Assembly: GCA_963845755.1 (NCBI GenBank)
Contig: CAWJTV010000020.1
Coordinates: 416,001-480,000, forward strand
Direction: 5' to 3'
Length of the DNA stretch: 64,000 nucleotides
From: an uncultured Planctomycetota bacterium
GTDB taxonomy: Bacteria; Planctomycetota; Planctomycetia; Isosphaerales; Isosphaeraceae
The notes under the pieces: model-generated
The model's database searches: none
What the model saw: the letters and a program-made list of their open reading frames with translations, nothing else
Told to the model about the DNA's origin: nothing
Program-made: the position numbers and the translations under genes
Shown: one piece after another, positions 11,419 through 20,666 of the stretch
Layout of the letters: each line of letters starts with the position of its first letter
Position numbering within the stretch: position 1 is the first letter of the stretch

Positions 11419-12548
11419 TCAGCCGATGCGGAACGTCTCGATCCCTTCCGCGCTGAGCTCGATGCCAAGACCGGGCGCATCGGGTACGGCGACCCGGCCG
11501 TCCTGGGCTCGGATGACCTCGGTGATGGACTGCCGGAGGTTTGTTCCCTCCTCGACGACGAACTCGAGGAGCCCGAGCGTATTCGGAACGCTGGCCAGGA
11601 AGTGGAGCGCGGCGGCAACGTTCAGGTAGGTGGTAAACCCGTGATTGACGACCGGCAGTCCCCGGTCGGCCGCCAGGGCGGCGATCTTCATGGCTTCGGT
11701 GAAGCCGCCGCACCGCGTCAGGTCGATCTGCACGATGTCGATCTGGCCGACGTCCATGAGCTGGAGGAACGACTTGCGCTCGCTCTCTTCCTCGCCGGCG
11801 GCGATCCGTAGCGGGCTACTCGCGGCCAGCTTGGCATAGCCCAGATAGTCGTCCGGCTGCAAGGGTTCTTCGAACCAGAACGGATTGTACGGTTCGAACG
11901 CCCGGCGCGCTGAATGGCGGTCTTGGCGTCGTAGACCAGGCCGGCGTCGATCATCAGGTCGACGTTGGGGCCGAGCCCCGCGCGCGCCTCGCGGACCAGG
12001 GCGACGTCGGTTTCGGCGTCTTTCCCCATCGGGTCCCAGCCGAACTTGACGGCCGTGAAGCCCTGATCGGCGAACCGCCGTGCGCGCCGGCCGGTCTCCG
12101 CGGGCGTCTCGCCGAAGAGTGAGCTGGCGTAGGCCCGCAAACTCCGGGTGAATCCGCCGCCGAGCAGCCTCCAGATCGGCAGACCGAGCGCCTTCCCCTT
12201 GATGTCCCACAGCGCCAGGTCGATCCCGCTCATCGCGTGGATGCCGAGACCGCGCCGACCGCCGTAGATGTTAGCCCGGTACATCTTGTGCCAGAGGTAC
12301 TCGGTCCGGAACGGGTCCTCGCCGATCAGCACGTGCGCCAGACCCGTGGCCGTCGTGTGCGAGAACGGCCCCTCGATGCACCCCTTCGCCGCCATCGGGT
12401 TCGAATCCACTTCGCCGTACCCGACGACCCCCGAATCGGTCGTAATCTTGACGATCAAAGCATCCTGGCCGCTGTCGCATTGGGTCTTCACGTCGGGGAG
12501 GCGGAGGTAGATGGCCTCCACGTTAGTGATCTTCAAGTCGCTCGTCAT
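11419..12548 (-). CDS. mandelate racemase/muconate lactonizing enzyme family protein (frameshift ~11910)
   Basis: [29 protein letters not shown] in ORF 11718..12626; WFEEP, AGEE, DIVQID in ORF 11419..12210. Confidence 0.9.
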
Positions 12549-12627
12549 GCGTATGTCCCGGTACCCCTGGTCCTTGTCCAGACGATGGCAACCTGCGCGG
12601 GCGAGCGCCATCCTCTCTGCTTGCATC

Positions 12628-13698
12628 TCAACACGCCAGGTTGTGGCTGTCGAAACTTAGTTGTACTGAGCTGAGTTTCTGCTCACTCCCACCCCAGTCT
12701 CGGAGACCTGGAGGCCCATTCCCAATACCTGGTTCGACGGCCGGTTGAAGGAGGCTCGCAATCTCGAACGACCTTACTTCTTTATCCATAACAATCAGCA
12801 AGTGCTTCCCGTAAGCGACATAGGCGTCAACTGCCTGAATCGGCGTATAGGGACATCGGAATGGACGGTCCAATCGGTCGCCCTGCAAGTATCTGGTAAG
12901 CAGATTGGGCAGAGCAACGATTCTCTTGCTAGTCAGGACAAACAGATGTCCGTCTGCTCTCAGAATCGAGTAAGGAGTTCCGTGCAATTCTTCCAGACGC
13001 AGTGCTTGTGGTTGCGGCTGAGTGAGATCCCGAACAAAGATCAACGTGCCATCCAAGCTCAATCCGACGACGGCGTGAGGCCATTGTTGGGAATCCATGG
13101 AGCACACATCGACAAAATCGACATCTTGCGAAACGAGTTCCTCGACATCCATATGGTCGGAGCCGGATTTGATCATCAAGAGACCGCTTGTACGAGCCGC
13201 GCAGGCAAGAATCTCCTGGTCCGCCGCCTTCCCGAGATAGATTAGCCTATAGAAATACGGGGTTGCTTGGTCTGGTTTGTCAATCGTGACTTCGTCAACG
13301 GGGATCTTGCCCGCATCCACACGAAGCAGGCCCGATGTACCCATAGGCGCGAAGAAATGTCCCTGCGGGGTAGCAAGAATCCCATGAGCGCCATCCGGAG
13401 TCCTTATGACGGCGGGGTGGATGCGGTCGTCTGAGGAGCTTCTTCGGGCGAAAACCACTTCGCTCGGAGTGCTAATCCCGATGAAGTCCTTCCAAAAAGC
13501 CACGTCGTTGATGGCGTCTTTCGCAACCTTATTCGGGGGAAGGATTTTGAGGTCATCGTCGCCGACCTGTTTGCCAACCAGAAGTTCGCCGTCTTCGGTG
13601 CCGAAGCAGAGGCTGCCGGTCCACGGGCACTCGCCCGCCCAAGTGATACCCTGGTCGGGGAATGGGAGTGACTTCCTTTGAACGACAAGCGAGCTCAT
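12628..13698 (-). CDS. hypothetical protein, possibly beta-propeller-like
   Basis: Long ORF in a visibly AT-richer segment; ATG overlaps the stop of the upstream gene; short beta-strand-like motifs ([30 protein letters not shown]). Confidence 0.7.
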   Translation of the reverse strand: MSSLVVQRKSLPFPDQGITWAGECPWTGSLCFGTEDGELLVGKQVGDDDLKILPPNKVAKDAINDVAFWKDFIGISTPSEVVFARRSSSDDRIHPAVIRTPDGAHGILATPQGHFFAPMGTSGLLRVDAGKIPVDEVTIDKPDQATPYFYRLIYLGKAADQEILACAARTSGLLMIKSGSDHMDVEELVSQDVDFVDVCSMDSQQWPHAVVGLSLDGTLIFVRDLTQPQPQALRLEELHGTPYSILRADGHLFVLTSKRIVALPNLLTRYLQGDRLDRPFRCPYTPIQAVDAYVAYGKHLLIVMDKEVRSFEIASLLQPAVEPGIGNGPPGLRDWGGSEQKLSSVQLSFDSHNLAC

Positions 13699-14147
13699 GC
13701 GTGCTTTCCCTTCCAAAGTCGCTTCCGTTCCTCTCGAGTGAGCAATCCCGCGTTCACCATCTTCTGAAGCACGTCCTCCGGCGGTTTCCGCTTAGGCGGA
13801 TGCGGTGGATCGAGGGTCTTCTCGAGTGGCCAAAGCGGGTACCCGTGCCAATGGGATCCCGAGTCGTGGAACTCGGCGATCTGCTGCCCGAGAGTTCCCA
13901 AAACGAGGATCTGTCGCTCTGGATGGAGTCTCAATCGGATTCCATAAAGGTTGCCGCGCTTGTCGCCCAAGTCCAAGAGGTCAGCCTGGTCAAAGATGCC
14001 AAGCTCCTCATTCGGACTCAAGTTCGACACCCATTGTGCCGCTTTGGGACCTCCGTGCCCATGGTGCTTGTCATAAAAGAGGTAATGATAGCCATTCCTC
14101 TGACTCGCCACAGGATGGACATGACCGGGTTCACCGCCGACGGACAT
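13695..14147 (-). CDS. hypothetical protein with HWHGYP motif
   Basis: 150-aa ORF, AT-richer, ATGA-coupled to the downstream gene. Confidence 0.7.
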   Translation of the reverse strand: MSVGGEPGHVHPVASQRNGYHYLFYDKHHGHGGPKAAQWVSNLSPNEELGIFDQADLLDLGDKRGNLYGIRLRLHPERQILVLGTLGQQIAEFHDSGSHWHGYPLWPLEKTLDPPHPPKRKPPEDVLQKMVNAGLLTREERKRLWKGKHA

Positions 14148-14371
14148 GGCTATTTCCCGAAAGACTGTGTCTCGGTCGTCTTAGCGCTCTCCTTGTTCAT
14201 TTTACACGAGATGATCCCGATCCTGCGAGTGTGGCGCGGAGCTGGACAATTCGATCTCGCATCCGGTGTTTCTTCGAGAAAAGAGGATTCGATGGAGTCG
14301 TAACAGCCGATGAAACGTGTTGAGGCGTTTCGATCCCTGCGCGTCGTGACTCGTTTTCGAGACGAATGGCC

Positions 14372-15292
14372 GATGACCAGCCTGGTGATGGTGCGGTTGC
14401 TATGTGTCGTCCTCTGCTTCGCCGGCCTGGCAACCGCTCAGGAGCCACCACCGCTGGAGCCGCCGGACCTGGGGCCGCCCAGGGCCGGCGCGCCTCAGGC
14501 CCAGCCGGGGACAACGTCAAAGCCGGCCAGCCCGAAGCCGACCGCCCCGACGCAGCCCCGAGCCACCCAGGCGGTAAACTCACGCCCCGCATCGGGACCA
14601 ATGCTGGCGATCCCCGGCGTGACCGCACCGACGGCTCGCCCTCGGCCTCAACCCGCAAGTCCCCTACAAAGCGGAACCTCGCCCTTCTCGTCTCCGATCG
14701 CAAGCCCACCTGTTCGGTCGGCGGTGCCGGTCACTCGGCGGCCCTCTCCAGCGAATGGGATTCCGCCTCTCGAGGCGTTGTCGGGACCGTCACCGCGTGA
14801 GACGATCCCACTCTCGATCGAGCCACTCATCGATGTGCCCTCACCGGAGCAGGCCCGGGCCAGTACCTCGCTCCCGCGACCGGTTGCTAGTAGGGCTCTC
14901 GGCGCCGGGAGGACCGATCCGCCATCGCAGGAGAAAGCATCGTCCGCGCCAAGACCCGCACCCGACGACTGCCCGGCATGCTCGGTCGCCTCTTCGGGGC
15001 GCCGCCACCGCCACCCTCGCGCGAACCGTCGCGAACCACCCCCGGAGCGACCAACAGTCGTGAAACCGATGTCGTGTCCGATGCCGAACTTGTCGCCAAA
15101 CGGCGGATCGAGCGCCAGATCCGCGAGACCCTCGGCGACCGGGTCAATCACTTCGAGGTTCGCATCACCGGCCGGAATGCGGTGATCGTCGCCCAGCCGA
15201 GCCGCTTCTGGTTCCGGCGTTCCGTCCGCCGCTCACTCGAGACCCTCCCCGCACTCGAGGGATATCGAGCCCGCATCGAGGTGAGCGAGTGA
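14372..15292 (+). CDS. Pro-rich exported protein with small C-terminal domain (frameshift ~14965)
   Basis: Signal-like VRLLCVVLCFAGLATAQ and Pro-rich body in ORF 14310..15185; C-terminus in ORF 14978..15292. Confidence 0.55.
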
Positions 15293-15320
15293 AGCCATGG
15301 ATGCCCCGCATGGTTTGGTT

Positions 15321-15352
15321 CTCGTTCCCACGCTTCGCTCCCGCGTGGGTAC
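15321..15352. repeat. REP-like palindrome
   Basis: ctcgttcccacgc...gcgtgggtac hairpin just after a stop codon. Confidence 0.45.
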
Positions 15353-15626
15353 AAGTCGTTCGCAAGTCTTGCCCTTTCTTCTGGTTGACGCGTATTAACT
15401 GGCATTGCCCCTGAATTGGTTTCTCGCGGCCATCTCTGGGGTCGCCCTCGTGTCAACCCTACCGCTGCATCGACAGCCTTCTCGAGAATTCGCCGATTTC
15501 GCGCGAACATCCGGCCGGTACTCGGCGTCTGTCAAGTACCAGACGCGACGGTGACAGCCAGCGTGGCCGAGACCGAGTTGTCGCGATCTGATCGGCCTCA
15601 GCTCTCAGACAGCGAGCGGGACTGCG

Positions 15627-15728
15627 ATGTACGGAGTATGTCAACGGCTTGATCGGGTCATCCGCAAGGCGAAACGTTCCGCCGATCGCTCAGCGAGTCT
15701 CCGCCCGCGCCAAGTCCGACGCTGCTGA
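15627..15728 (+). CDS. putative 33-aa leader peptide of tRNA cluster 1 (MYGVCQRLDRVIRKAKRSADRSASLRPRQVRRC)
   Basis: Purine-rich gagcggga before ATG; same length, similar sequence and same downstream RNA elements as the leader at 34086..34187. Confidence 0.65.
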   Translation: MYGVCQRLDRVIRKAKRSADRSASLRPRQVRRC

Positions 15729-15759
15729 CACCCGGCCTGTCCTCCTTCGACGGAATCTC

Positions 15760-15790
15760 AAGACCCGGTGTCGAAAACACTGGGTCTTTT
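15760..15790 (+). terminator. intrinsic terminator of the putative attenuator before tRNA cluster 1
   Basis: agacccggtgt-cgaaa-acactgggtct 11-bp stem followed by T run; its 5' arm can instead pair with 15727..15738. Confidence 0.75.
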
Positions 15791-15839
15791 CGTTGGACAG
15801 CGACGGAATCTCCGACGCTGCATCGTGCCGACCCTCGAA

Positions 15840-15914
15840 CAGGGCGTGGGAAAGCCTGGTTAATCCGCGAGCTCGGGGAGCTCGAGATCGCCGGTTCAAA
15901 TCCGGCCGCCCTGA
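15840..15914 (+). tRNA. tRNA-Pro (GGG as folded; atypical C33)
   Basis: Acceptor cagggcg/cgccctg, anticodon arm cgagc-tcgggga-gctcg, T arm gccgg-ttcaaat-ccggc; no CCA. Confidence 0.85.
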
Positions 15915-16004
15915 CACTCTGACATACGTAGGATATTCGGCCTCGGGAGGGAGGTGTTGAGATGGATGCGCGAGTCAAACGCATACCCCGGAGAGGCGAT
16001 CGCC

Positions 16005-16076
16005 GGGGTCGTGATGTAAAGGCAGCATATCGGCCTTTTAAGCCGGGAAGTGGGGGTTCGAGTCCCTCCGGCCCCA
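16005..16076 (+). tRNA. tRNA-Lys (TTT)
   Basis: Acceptor ggggtcg/cggcccc, anticodon arm tcggc-cttttaa-gccgg, T loop ttcgagt; no CCA. Confidence 0.9.
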
Positions 16077-16077
16077 A

Positions 16078-16149
16078 TGGCGCCTAGCTCAGCGGCAGAG
16101 CACTCCCCTTATAAGGGAGCGACGAGGGGTTCGAGTCCCCCGGCGCCGA
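16078..16149 (+). tRNA. tRNA-Ile (TAT)
   Basis: Acceptor tggcgcc/ggcgccg, D arm gctc-agcggca-gagc, anticodon arm ctccc-cttataa-gggag, T loop ttcgagt. Confidence 0.88.
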
Positions 16150-16172
16150 CCGTCGAGGCCATCGCATGAGAG

Positions 16173-16243
16173 CGGCCCGTAGCTCAAGGGCAGAGCATCC
16201 GGCCGATAACCGGAAGACGAAGGTTCGACTCCTTCCGGGCCGA
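16173..16243 (+). tRNA. tRNA-Ile (GAT; atypical C33)
   Basis: Acceptor cggcccg/cgggccg, anticodon arm tccgg-ccgataa-ccgga, T arm gaagg-ttcgact-ccttc. Confidence 0.88.
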
Positions 16244-16273
16244 CTCGTGTTGAGTGAGATCTCGCCCCGCGAA

Positions 16274-16309
16274 GGGACCAAAGTTCTCGTGGCAGAGCGC
16301 CCGGCTCTT
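16274..16309 (+). pseudogene. 5' half of tRNA-Lys (CTT), truncated at the anticodon
   Basis: gggacca-aa-gttc-tcgtggca-gagc-g-cccgg-ctctt, then unrelated sequence; no 3' anticodon strand, T arm or 3' acceptor strand. Confidence 0.65.
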
Positions 16310-16315
16310 CCTTGC

Positions 16316-16744
16316 TCATGGCGGATCGGCGGATCCACTCCCGCTCCACGTTTCCGCGGGTAACCTGCGAGCGAGCAGGAAAACCTGGACCATAGTACCA
16401 CTCGTAAACGCCTGCACCACAGTGCCGGTCGTCGTCTCAACTTCCGCGGTGGCCTCGCGCACCTCCACACCCGTGATTCGCCGGATTTCCTTCCGCAGTG
16501 GCTCGGAAGTTGATGTGAATAACTGACGATGAAACTCCTGCACTCGAGCGGCACCTTCCGGCGTCCTGGCCAGGTCCTTCTCCGCCGGCGACAAAGACCC
16601 GTGGAGCGTGACGACCAACGTGTCCTCACTCACGACCACCGTCGCCGATGCGGGCAAGTGGCCAGTTCGTCGCAGCTCGAAGGCGATGGCTGCCTCGGCG
16701 ATCTGCTGCGCCAGGGTCGAATCGGGCTTGAGCATCGAGATCAC
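16316..16744 (-). CDS. DUF2294 / MpsC-family protein
   Basis: LAQQIAEAAIAFELRRTGHLP...DTLVVTLHGSLSPAEKDLA...IRRITGVEV parallels the protein at 22206..22586. Confidence 0.8.
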   Translation of the reverse strand: MISMLKPDSTLAQQIAEAAIAFELRRTGHLPASATVVVSEDTLVVTLHGSLSPAEKDLARTPEGAARVQEFHRQLFTSTSEPLRKEIRRITGVEVREATAEVETTTGTVVQAFTSGTMVQVFLLARRLPAETWSGSGSADPP

Positions 16745-16779
16745 CCCTATCGCTTACGGCCGTCCTGCACCACCGCTAG

Positions 16780-16888
16780 AAAAAAAGCCGACGTGGTGGA
16801 ACACCCAGGGGTATTCGACCATGTCGGCTTACTCGGCAACGGGCCCCCCGGTTCAGCCGGGTTACCCTTCATCTAGTCGTCCGACGAC
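16780..16888 (-). promoter_or_regulatory. conserved structured leader RNA with terminator, copy 1
   Basis: Minus strand GUCGUCGGACGACUAGAUGAAGGGUAACCCGG...CCGGGGGGCCC...AAGCCGACAUGG...CCACGUCGGCUUUUUUU; ends ~35 nt before the DUF2294 start; homologous to 18471..18578 and 23634..23741. Confidence 0.8.
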
Positions 16889-17108
16889 ATTGATTCAAGT
16901 TCCTGAGAACCGACTGCCAGTCGGCCTCGGCTCGATTCGTCACGCCAATTGTGCACTGACCAAAATGGAAAAGGCAAGTGAAATATCCTTCGCTTTCTTG
17001 TATGTTGGTCTTCGGCTAGTCCGAGTATCGGCGACGCGACCTCGGACGCCGGAAGGAGACGATCTTCTACGGCGGCCACGCGATCCGGAAGTGGACGGCG
17101 AAGTCGGC

Positions 17109-17168
17109 ACGAGAAAGCACGGAGAGATCGAGGCCGCCATCAGCGAAGGGATCACCGGCTTCGAACAG
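17109..17168 (+). pseudogene. DUF2294 N-terminal remnant
   Basis: TRKHGEIEAAISEGITGFEQ vs MKTQGEIEAAICEGINRFEQ of the intact gene at 22206; ACG at the start position; similarity then ends. Confidence 0.7.
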
Positions 17169-17268
17169 GTGATCCAGTCCCTCATCGACCTTATCCGGAC
17201 CGCACAGGCGGGAACTGGGTAAGCTGGTCTCGCCGTCTCAACGCCAAATTCCATTGCGGGGTTAGCCC

Positions 17269-17727
17269 TCATCTGGCTATAACGTTCGATGCTTCTATGA
17301 TCATCCATCTGTTGGGGATCGGCCCATCCTTCGATTCGCACGAGGTGCTCTCGAACTGCCCGGCCAAGGCCCCGGGGTCTCTGTCCGATCCAGGATCTTC
17401 CGACACCCGGCAGGCGGCCAGATCATCCGCAGCCGGCAACGTATTCCTGTACCCGAGCACGGCCTCGAGTTGGTCCTGGAGCCTCAAACTGTGTGTGTGG
17501 AGCAACGTCAGCGACTTCCTTAATCTCTCATTCTCATCCTTCAACTCCTGGAATTCTTCACTAATCGCGGAATCCTTCCCGTCCTGCACGGCGGCCACCT
17601 GTTCGACCATCGGTATCATCTCGGCACCATGGGATGTCACGGATCTTCGATAGGCCTGTCGAAGGGCTCGCTTGGCCTCAAAGAATCGCCGAAGAGCCGA
17701 CCGCAATTCGTGTGGGTCTACATTCAC
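17269..17727 (-). CDS. hypothetical coiled-coil protein
   Basis: AAGGAG upstream of GTG; heptad-like EEFQELKDENERLRKSL...LRLQDQLEAVL. Confidence 0.5.
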   Translation of the reverse strand: MNVDPHELRSALRRFFEAKRALRQAYRRSVTSHGAEMIPMVEQVAAVQDGKDSAISEEFQELKDENERLRKSLTLLHTHSLRLQDQLEAVLGYRNTLPAADDLAACRVSEDPGSDRDPGALAGQFESTSCESKDGPIPNRWMIIEASNVIAR

Positions 17728-17877
17728 CTTGCATTCTCCTTATGGTCCGCTCCGGTGGGGAAATCGCCCGGAGCAGCGCCTTCTCGAATCCGTCCCGGCC
17801 GCCTCGACGAGAAGGGACGTCGCAGGGATGCGGCATCGCGCCCGCCTCATGTCTGGAAGATCGATTCCGAAGGGTAG

Positions 17878-18168
17878 TTACTGTCCTTCCGGACCGTCCA
17901 CCAAGCCACCGATCCTCAGGAAGTCCCGGGCCTCGGGCACCATCACCATCACCACGCCGTCCTGGTCCGTCAGCACCTCGAGGATGAACCAATGCTGGCA
18001 CCCAGCGCAGATGCCAAGCAGCCTGTCGGGAGACCCGGGATCGGGTTGGTGCAGATCGAGGCCGATATCACAAGACAGACACGTGACTCGAGAGAAGTCA
18101 TCGTGCGAGGTCGAGAAGCGAGTTACCGTCAGCGAGACCAATGCCGTGACCGGAGTTTTGGGACTCAT
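17878..18168 (-). CDS. small zinc-ribbon-like protein
   Basis: CLSC...[19 protein letters not shown] (2x CxxC); ATGA-coupled to the upstream HTH gene. Confidence 0.7.
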   Translation of the reverse strand: MSPKTPVTALVSLTVTRFSTSHDDFSRVTCLSCDIGLDLHQPDPGSPDRLLGICAGCQHWFILEVLTDQDGVVMVMVPEARDFLRIGGLVDGPEGQ

Positions 18169-18449
18169 GGTGGTTGCCCCTCGATCTGGAACCGAAGCAG
18201 CTGCGGTTCGCCGTAATCGGCCAGACCTCTTTCACCTTCGCCGGTCAGGAGCCAATAGGGTTCGGCCCCCGTGGCATCGATGAAGCGGAGGAGTACCAAC
18301 CCGGGGATTGTCACTCCGGACTCGTAATGAGCCCAGGTCCGGGCGGGGATACCCAGCGCCTCAGCCATGAGAGGCGCGCCATTTTCGCCATAGATCTCGA
18401 GGCGGACTTCGCGCAGACGGCGGGCCAACGCGTCGCTTTCTGGCTTCAT
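18165..18449 (-). CDS. XRE-family helix-turn-helix protein
   Basis: [11 protein letters not shown]...[18 protein letters not shown]...WLLTGEG. Confidence 0.8.
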   Translation of the reverse strand: MKPESDALARRLREVRLEIYGENGAPLMAEALGIPARTWAHYESGVTIPGLVLLRFIDATGAEPYWLLTGEGERGLADYGEPQLLRFQIEGQPP

Positions 18450-18470
18450 CGCCGCTACCCTTTCTCGAAG

Positions 18471-18578
18471 AAAAAGGCCGACGTGGAGGAATACCTTCGG
18501 GTACTCCTCCACGTCGGCCTACTCGTCAACGAGCCCTCCGGCCGTGCCGGGTTGCCCCTCATCTAGTCTTCCGACGAC
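18471..18578 (-). promoter_or_regulatory. conserved structured leader RNA with terminator, copy 2
   Basis: Minus strand GUCGUCGGAAGACUAGAUGAGGGGCAACCCGGC-ACG-GCCGGAGGGCUCGUUGACGAGUAGGCCGACGUGGAGGAGUACC-CGAA-GGUAUUCCUCCACGUCGGCCUUUUU; ~20 nt before the XRE start. Confidence 0.8.
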
Positions 18579-18836
18579 ATCTGATAATGCTTCATCGGAG
18601 CCGAGTACGATTGCATACCAACTCCGCTACACCCCTAATCATGACGATCAGGATGGAGGAAAACAAGTCACTGCCACTCGAACTGCCCGTATCATGAATC
18701 CCGGATCTCCCGAGGACACACGCTCCGAGACCGGCAAACCCACCGAGGAGACCGAGAGCGGCATCCCCAGAGTGTGACCGCGCGGCGGATCCGCCGAGAT
18801 TTCGAAGAATGGTTTGGAAATTCCTTGAATTCCGCG

Positions 18837-19557
18837 TCACAGCCGAACGTCCTGGGCGAAGCTCGCGACCCTGGCGAGCGGCTGGAGGGGCACATCGTGA
18901 GCCGCCGGCACGAACGGCACGACGACCTTGAGGATGAACCGGTAGTGGGCCAGGCTGCCCGCCAGCACGAACAGGTGGAACAGCTCATGGGTCCCGAAGA
19001 TCCCCGGGTAGAGGACGGGCCAGTGGAGTAGGTTGAGCACGGCCCCCAGGCTGTAGGAGAGGCCGCCGCCCACGATCGGAAGCAACTGCGCGGTGCGACA
19101 CAACCTGCGCGATCTCGGAATAGCAGACGAGGGAGCCCCACCCCATCCCCAGGTACAGCCCGGTTGACCACGCGAGCGGGAAGTGCCGGCCGGTCGCGAT
19201 CAAGGCCGTGGCCATGGCCGCCACGCCCCAGACGATCGCCAGCGTCCACTGCCGCCATCGGCCCCGCATCAAGCACCAGGCCAGCGGAGTATAGCTCCCG
19301 GCGATCAGCGCAAAGATCCCGACGCCGTCCAGGCGGGCGAACGTGGCGAGCTGGGCGGACGGCAGCCGAACGCCGTGAAAGAGGCTACTGGCCAAATAGC
19401 AGAAGGCCAGGGTCAGGCCATAGATGAGGAGGCTCAGCCGCTTCGGGGGCTGGCCTGCGCTTCGCCGCCAGAGGAAATAGGTACCGGGCAGTGCCAGGAG
19501 CAGGCCGGCACAATGACTCCAGGTGCTGACGGGCTCGCGAAAGTCGAGGAAGTTCAT
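18837..19557 (-). CDS. hemolysin III / PAQR (TrhA-like) membrane protein (frameshift ~19085)
   Basis: REPVSTWSH, ASSLFHG, LDGVGIFALIAGSYTP, YLGMGW; GGGLSYSLGA and HELFHLFVLAGS in ORF 18837..19103. Confidence 0.88.
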
Positions 19558-19610
19558 CCGAAGACATCCGATAGGGCCTGATGTCGGGATAGGAGGTGGC
19601 TGCCAAGGGC

Positions 19611-20666
19611 TCAGACTTCGCACTCGTGGACCCAGGTGAAGCGGGTGGGCGGGCGTTTGGCGAGTGTTTCCGCGAGCTCGCCGGCGATGCGTTGATACTT
19701 CTCGGCCTGCTGGCAAAGGTAGTCCTGGGCCCTGGCCGCCTTCCCCGAGAGGGACCGATGCGCCACGCCCCAGACCTCGACGAGGTGTTCGATGATCTGC
19801 GCATAGGACAGGATAGTGTAGGCCCCGATCCGTTGCGAGACGATCGCGAAATGGTCGAACAGGTCGGGATCCTCGCCGTCGAACATGAAGCGTCCGGGCA
19901 TGGAGATGATGCCCTTGATCATCGACCGGAAGGCGATGATTCCCGTCTCCGGGTCTCGTTCCATGGCCTGGCCGACGACTCTCGTGTAGAACGTCTCGTG
20001 GCGCGCCTCGTCGCCGGCGATCCTCCGGCAGATCCTCGCGAGATTCTCATCCCCCTGCTGGGCGGCGAGCTTGCCCAGATTCCCGTGGGCGATCCGGGTC
20101 GCTCGCTCCTGGAAGGCGGCATAGATCAGCGCCGAGCAGTCGTCGCCCTTATTGCGCGAGTCGAATCCATTTCTGATGAGATGATGGATCGTCCGCTCGA
20201 TGGCTTGCATGTCCACCCGGCCCGTGAGCCGGAGGTAAGCGTTGAGCAGGTCGCCATGTCGGTTCTCCTCCGCCGTCCATCCCCGCAACCACTGAGCCCA
20301 GGGATCGTCGTCGATCCCGGACTGGTCTCGGGCGATGCGATTCAGCGAGATGGCGTAACTTGGCAGGGCCTCTTCCGTGACCATGTTCCCCACCAGCACG
20401 ACCAGCAGTTCGTGCGAGACCTGTCGCGCGGAAGTCCGGAACCGCGTCACTTGCTCGGCCCAATCTTCGGAGGTCAGATCGGGGAGGAAGTCGGTCGGCT
20501 GCCAGGCCTGATCCACGGGTGTGAGCAGCGCGAGGTTTTCCGCGACGAACCCTTGCAAATCCTCCATCAGTTCCATGTCGTGAGGCTCCTGGTCGATAGG
20601 GATGGTGCCGCTGATTGGCTCAATCCGATGCTCCTGTGAATCTTCCCGATCCTCGGCGGCACACAC
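19611..20666 (-). CDS. acyl-ACP desaturase (soluble di-iron); start uncertain
   Basis: WQPTDFLP, TEEALPSY, WTAEENRHGDLL, FQERAT, DEARHE. Confidence 0.92.
   Translation of the reverse strand: MCAAEDREDSQEHRIEPISGTIPIDQEPHDMELMEDLQGFVAENLALLTPVDQAWQPTDFLPDLTSEDWAEQVTRFRTSARQVSHELLVVLVGNMVTEEALPSYAISLNRIARDQSGIDDDPWAQWLRGWTAEENRHGDLLNAYLRLTGRVDMQAIERTIHHLIRNGFDSRNKGDDCSALIYAAFQERATRIAHGNLGKLAAQQGDENLARICRRIAGDEARHETFYTRVVGQAMERDPETGIIAFRSMIKGIISMPGRFMFDGEDPDLFDHFAIVSQRIGAYTILSYAQIIEHLVEVWGVAHRSLSGKAARAQDYLCQQAEKYQRIAGELAETLAKRPPTRFTWVHECEV

Noticed and set aside
15649..16363. ORF-track proteins overlapping tRNA cluster 1 (likewise 34754..35221 over cluster 2)
   Set aside because: They are translations of tRNA genes or their antisense strand.
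16529..18566. Plus-strand ORFs sharing KKADVxE...HVGLLxNxPxGxAGLP (16529..16876, 18174..18566) as a protein family
   Set aside because: The shared part is the antisense translation of the repeated leader RNA, and the rest of each ORF overlaps real minus-strand genes.
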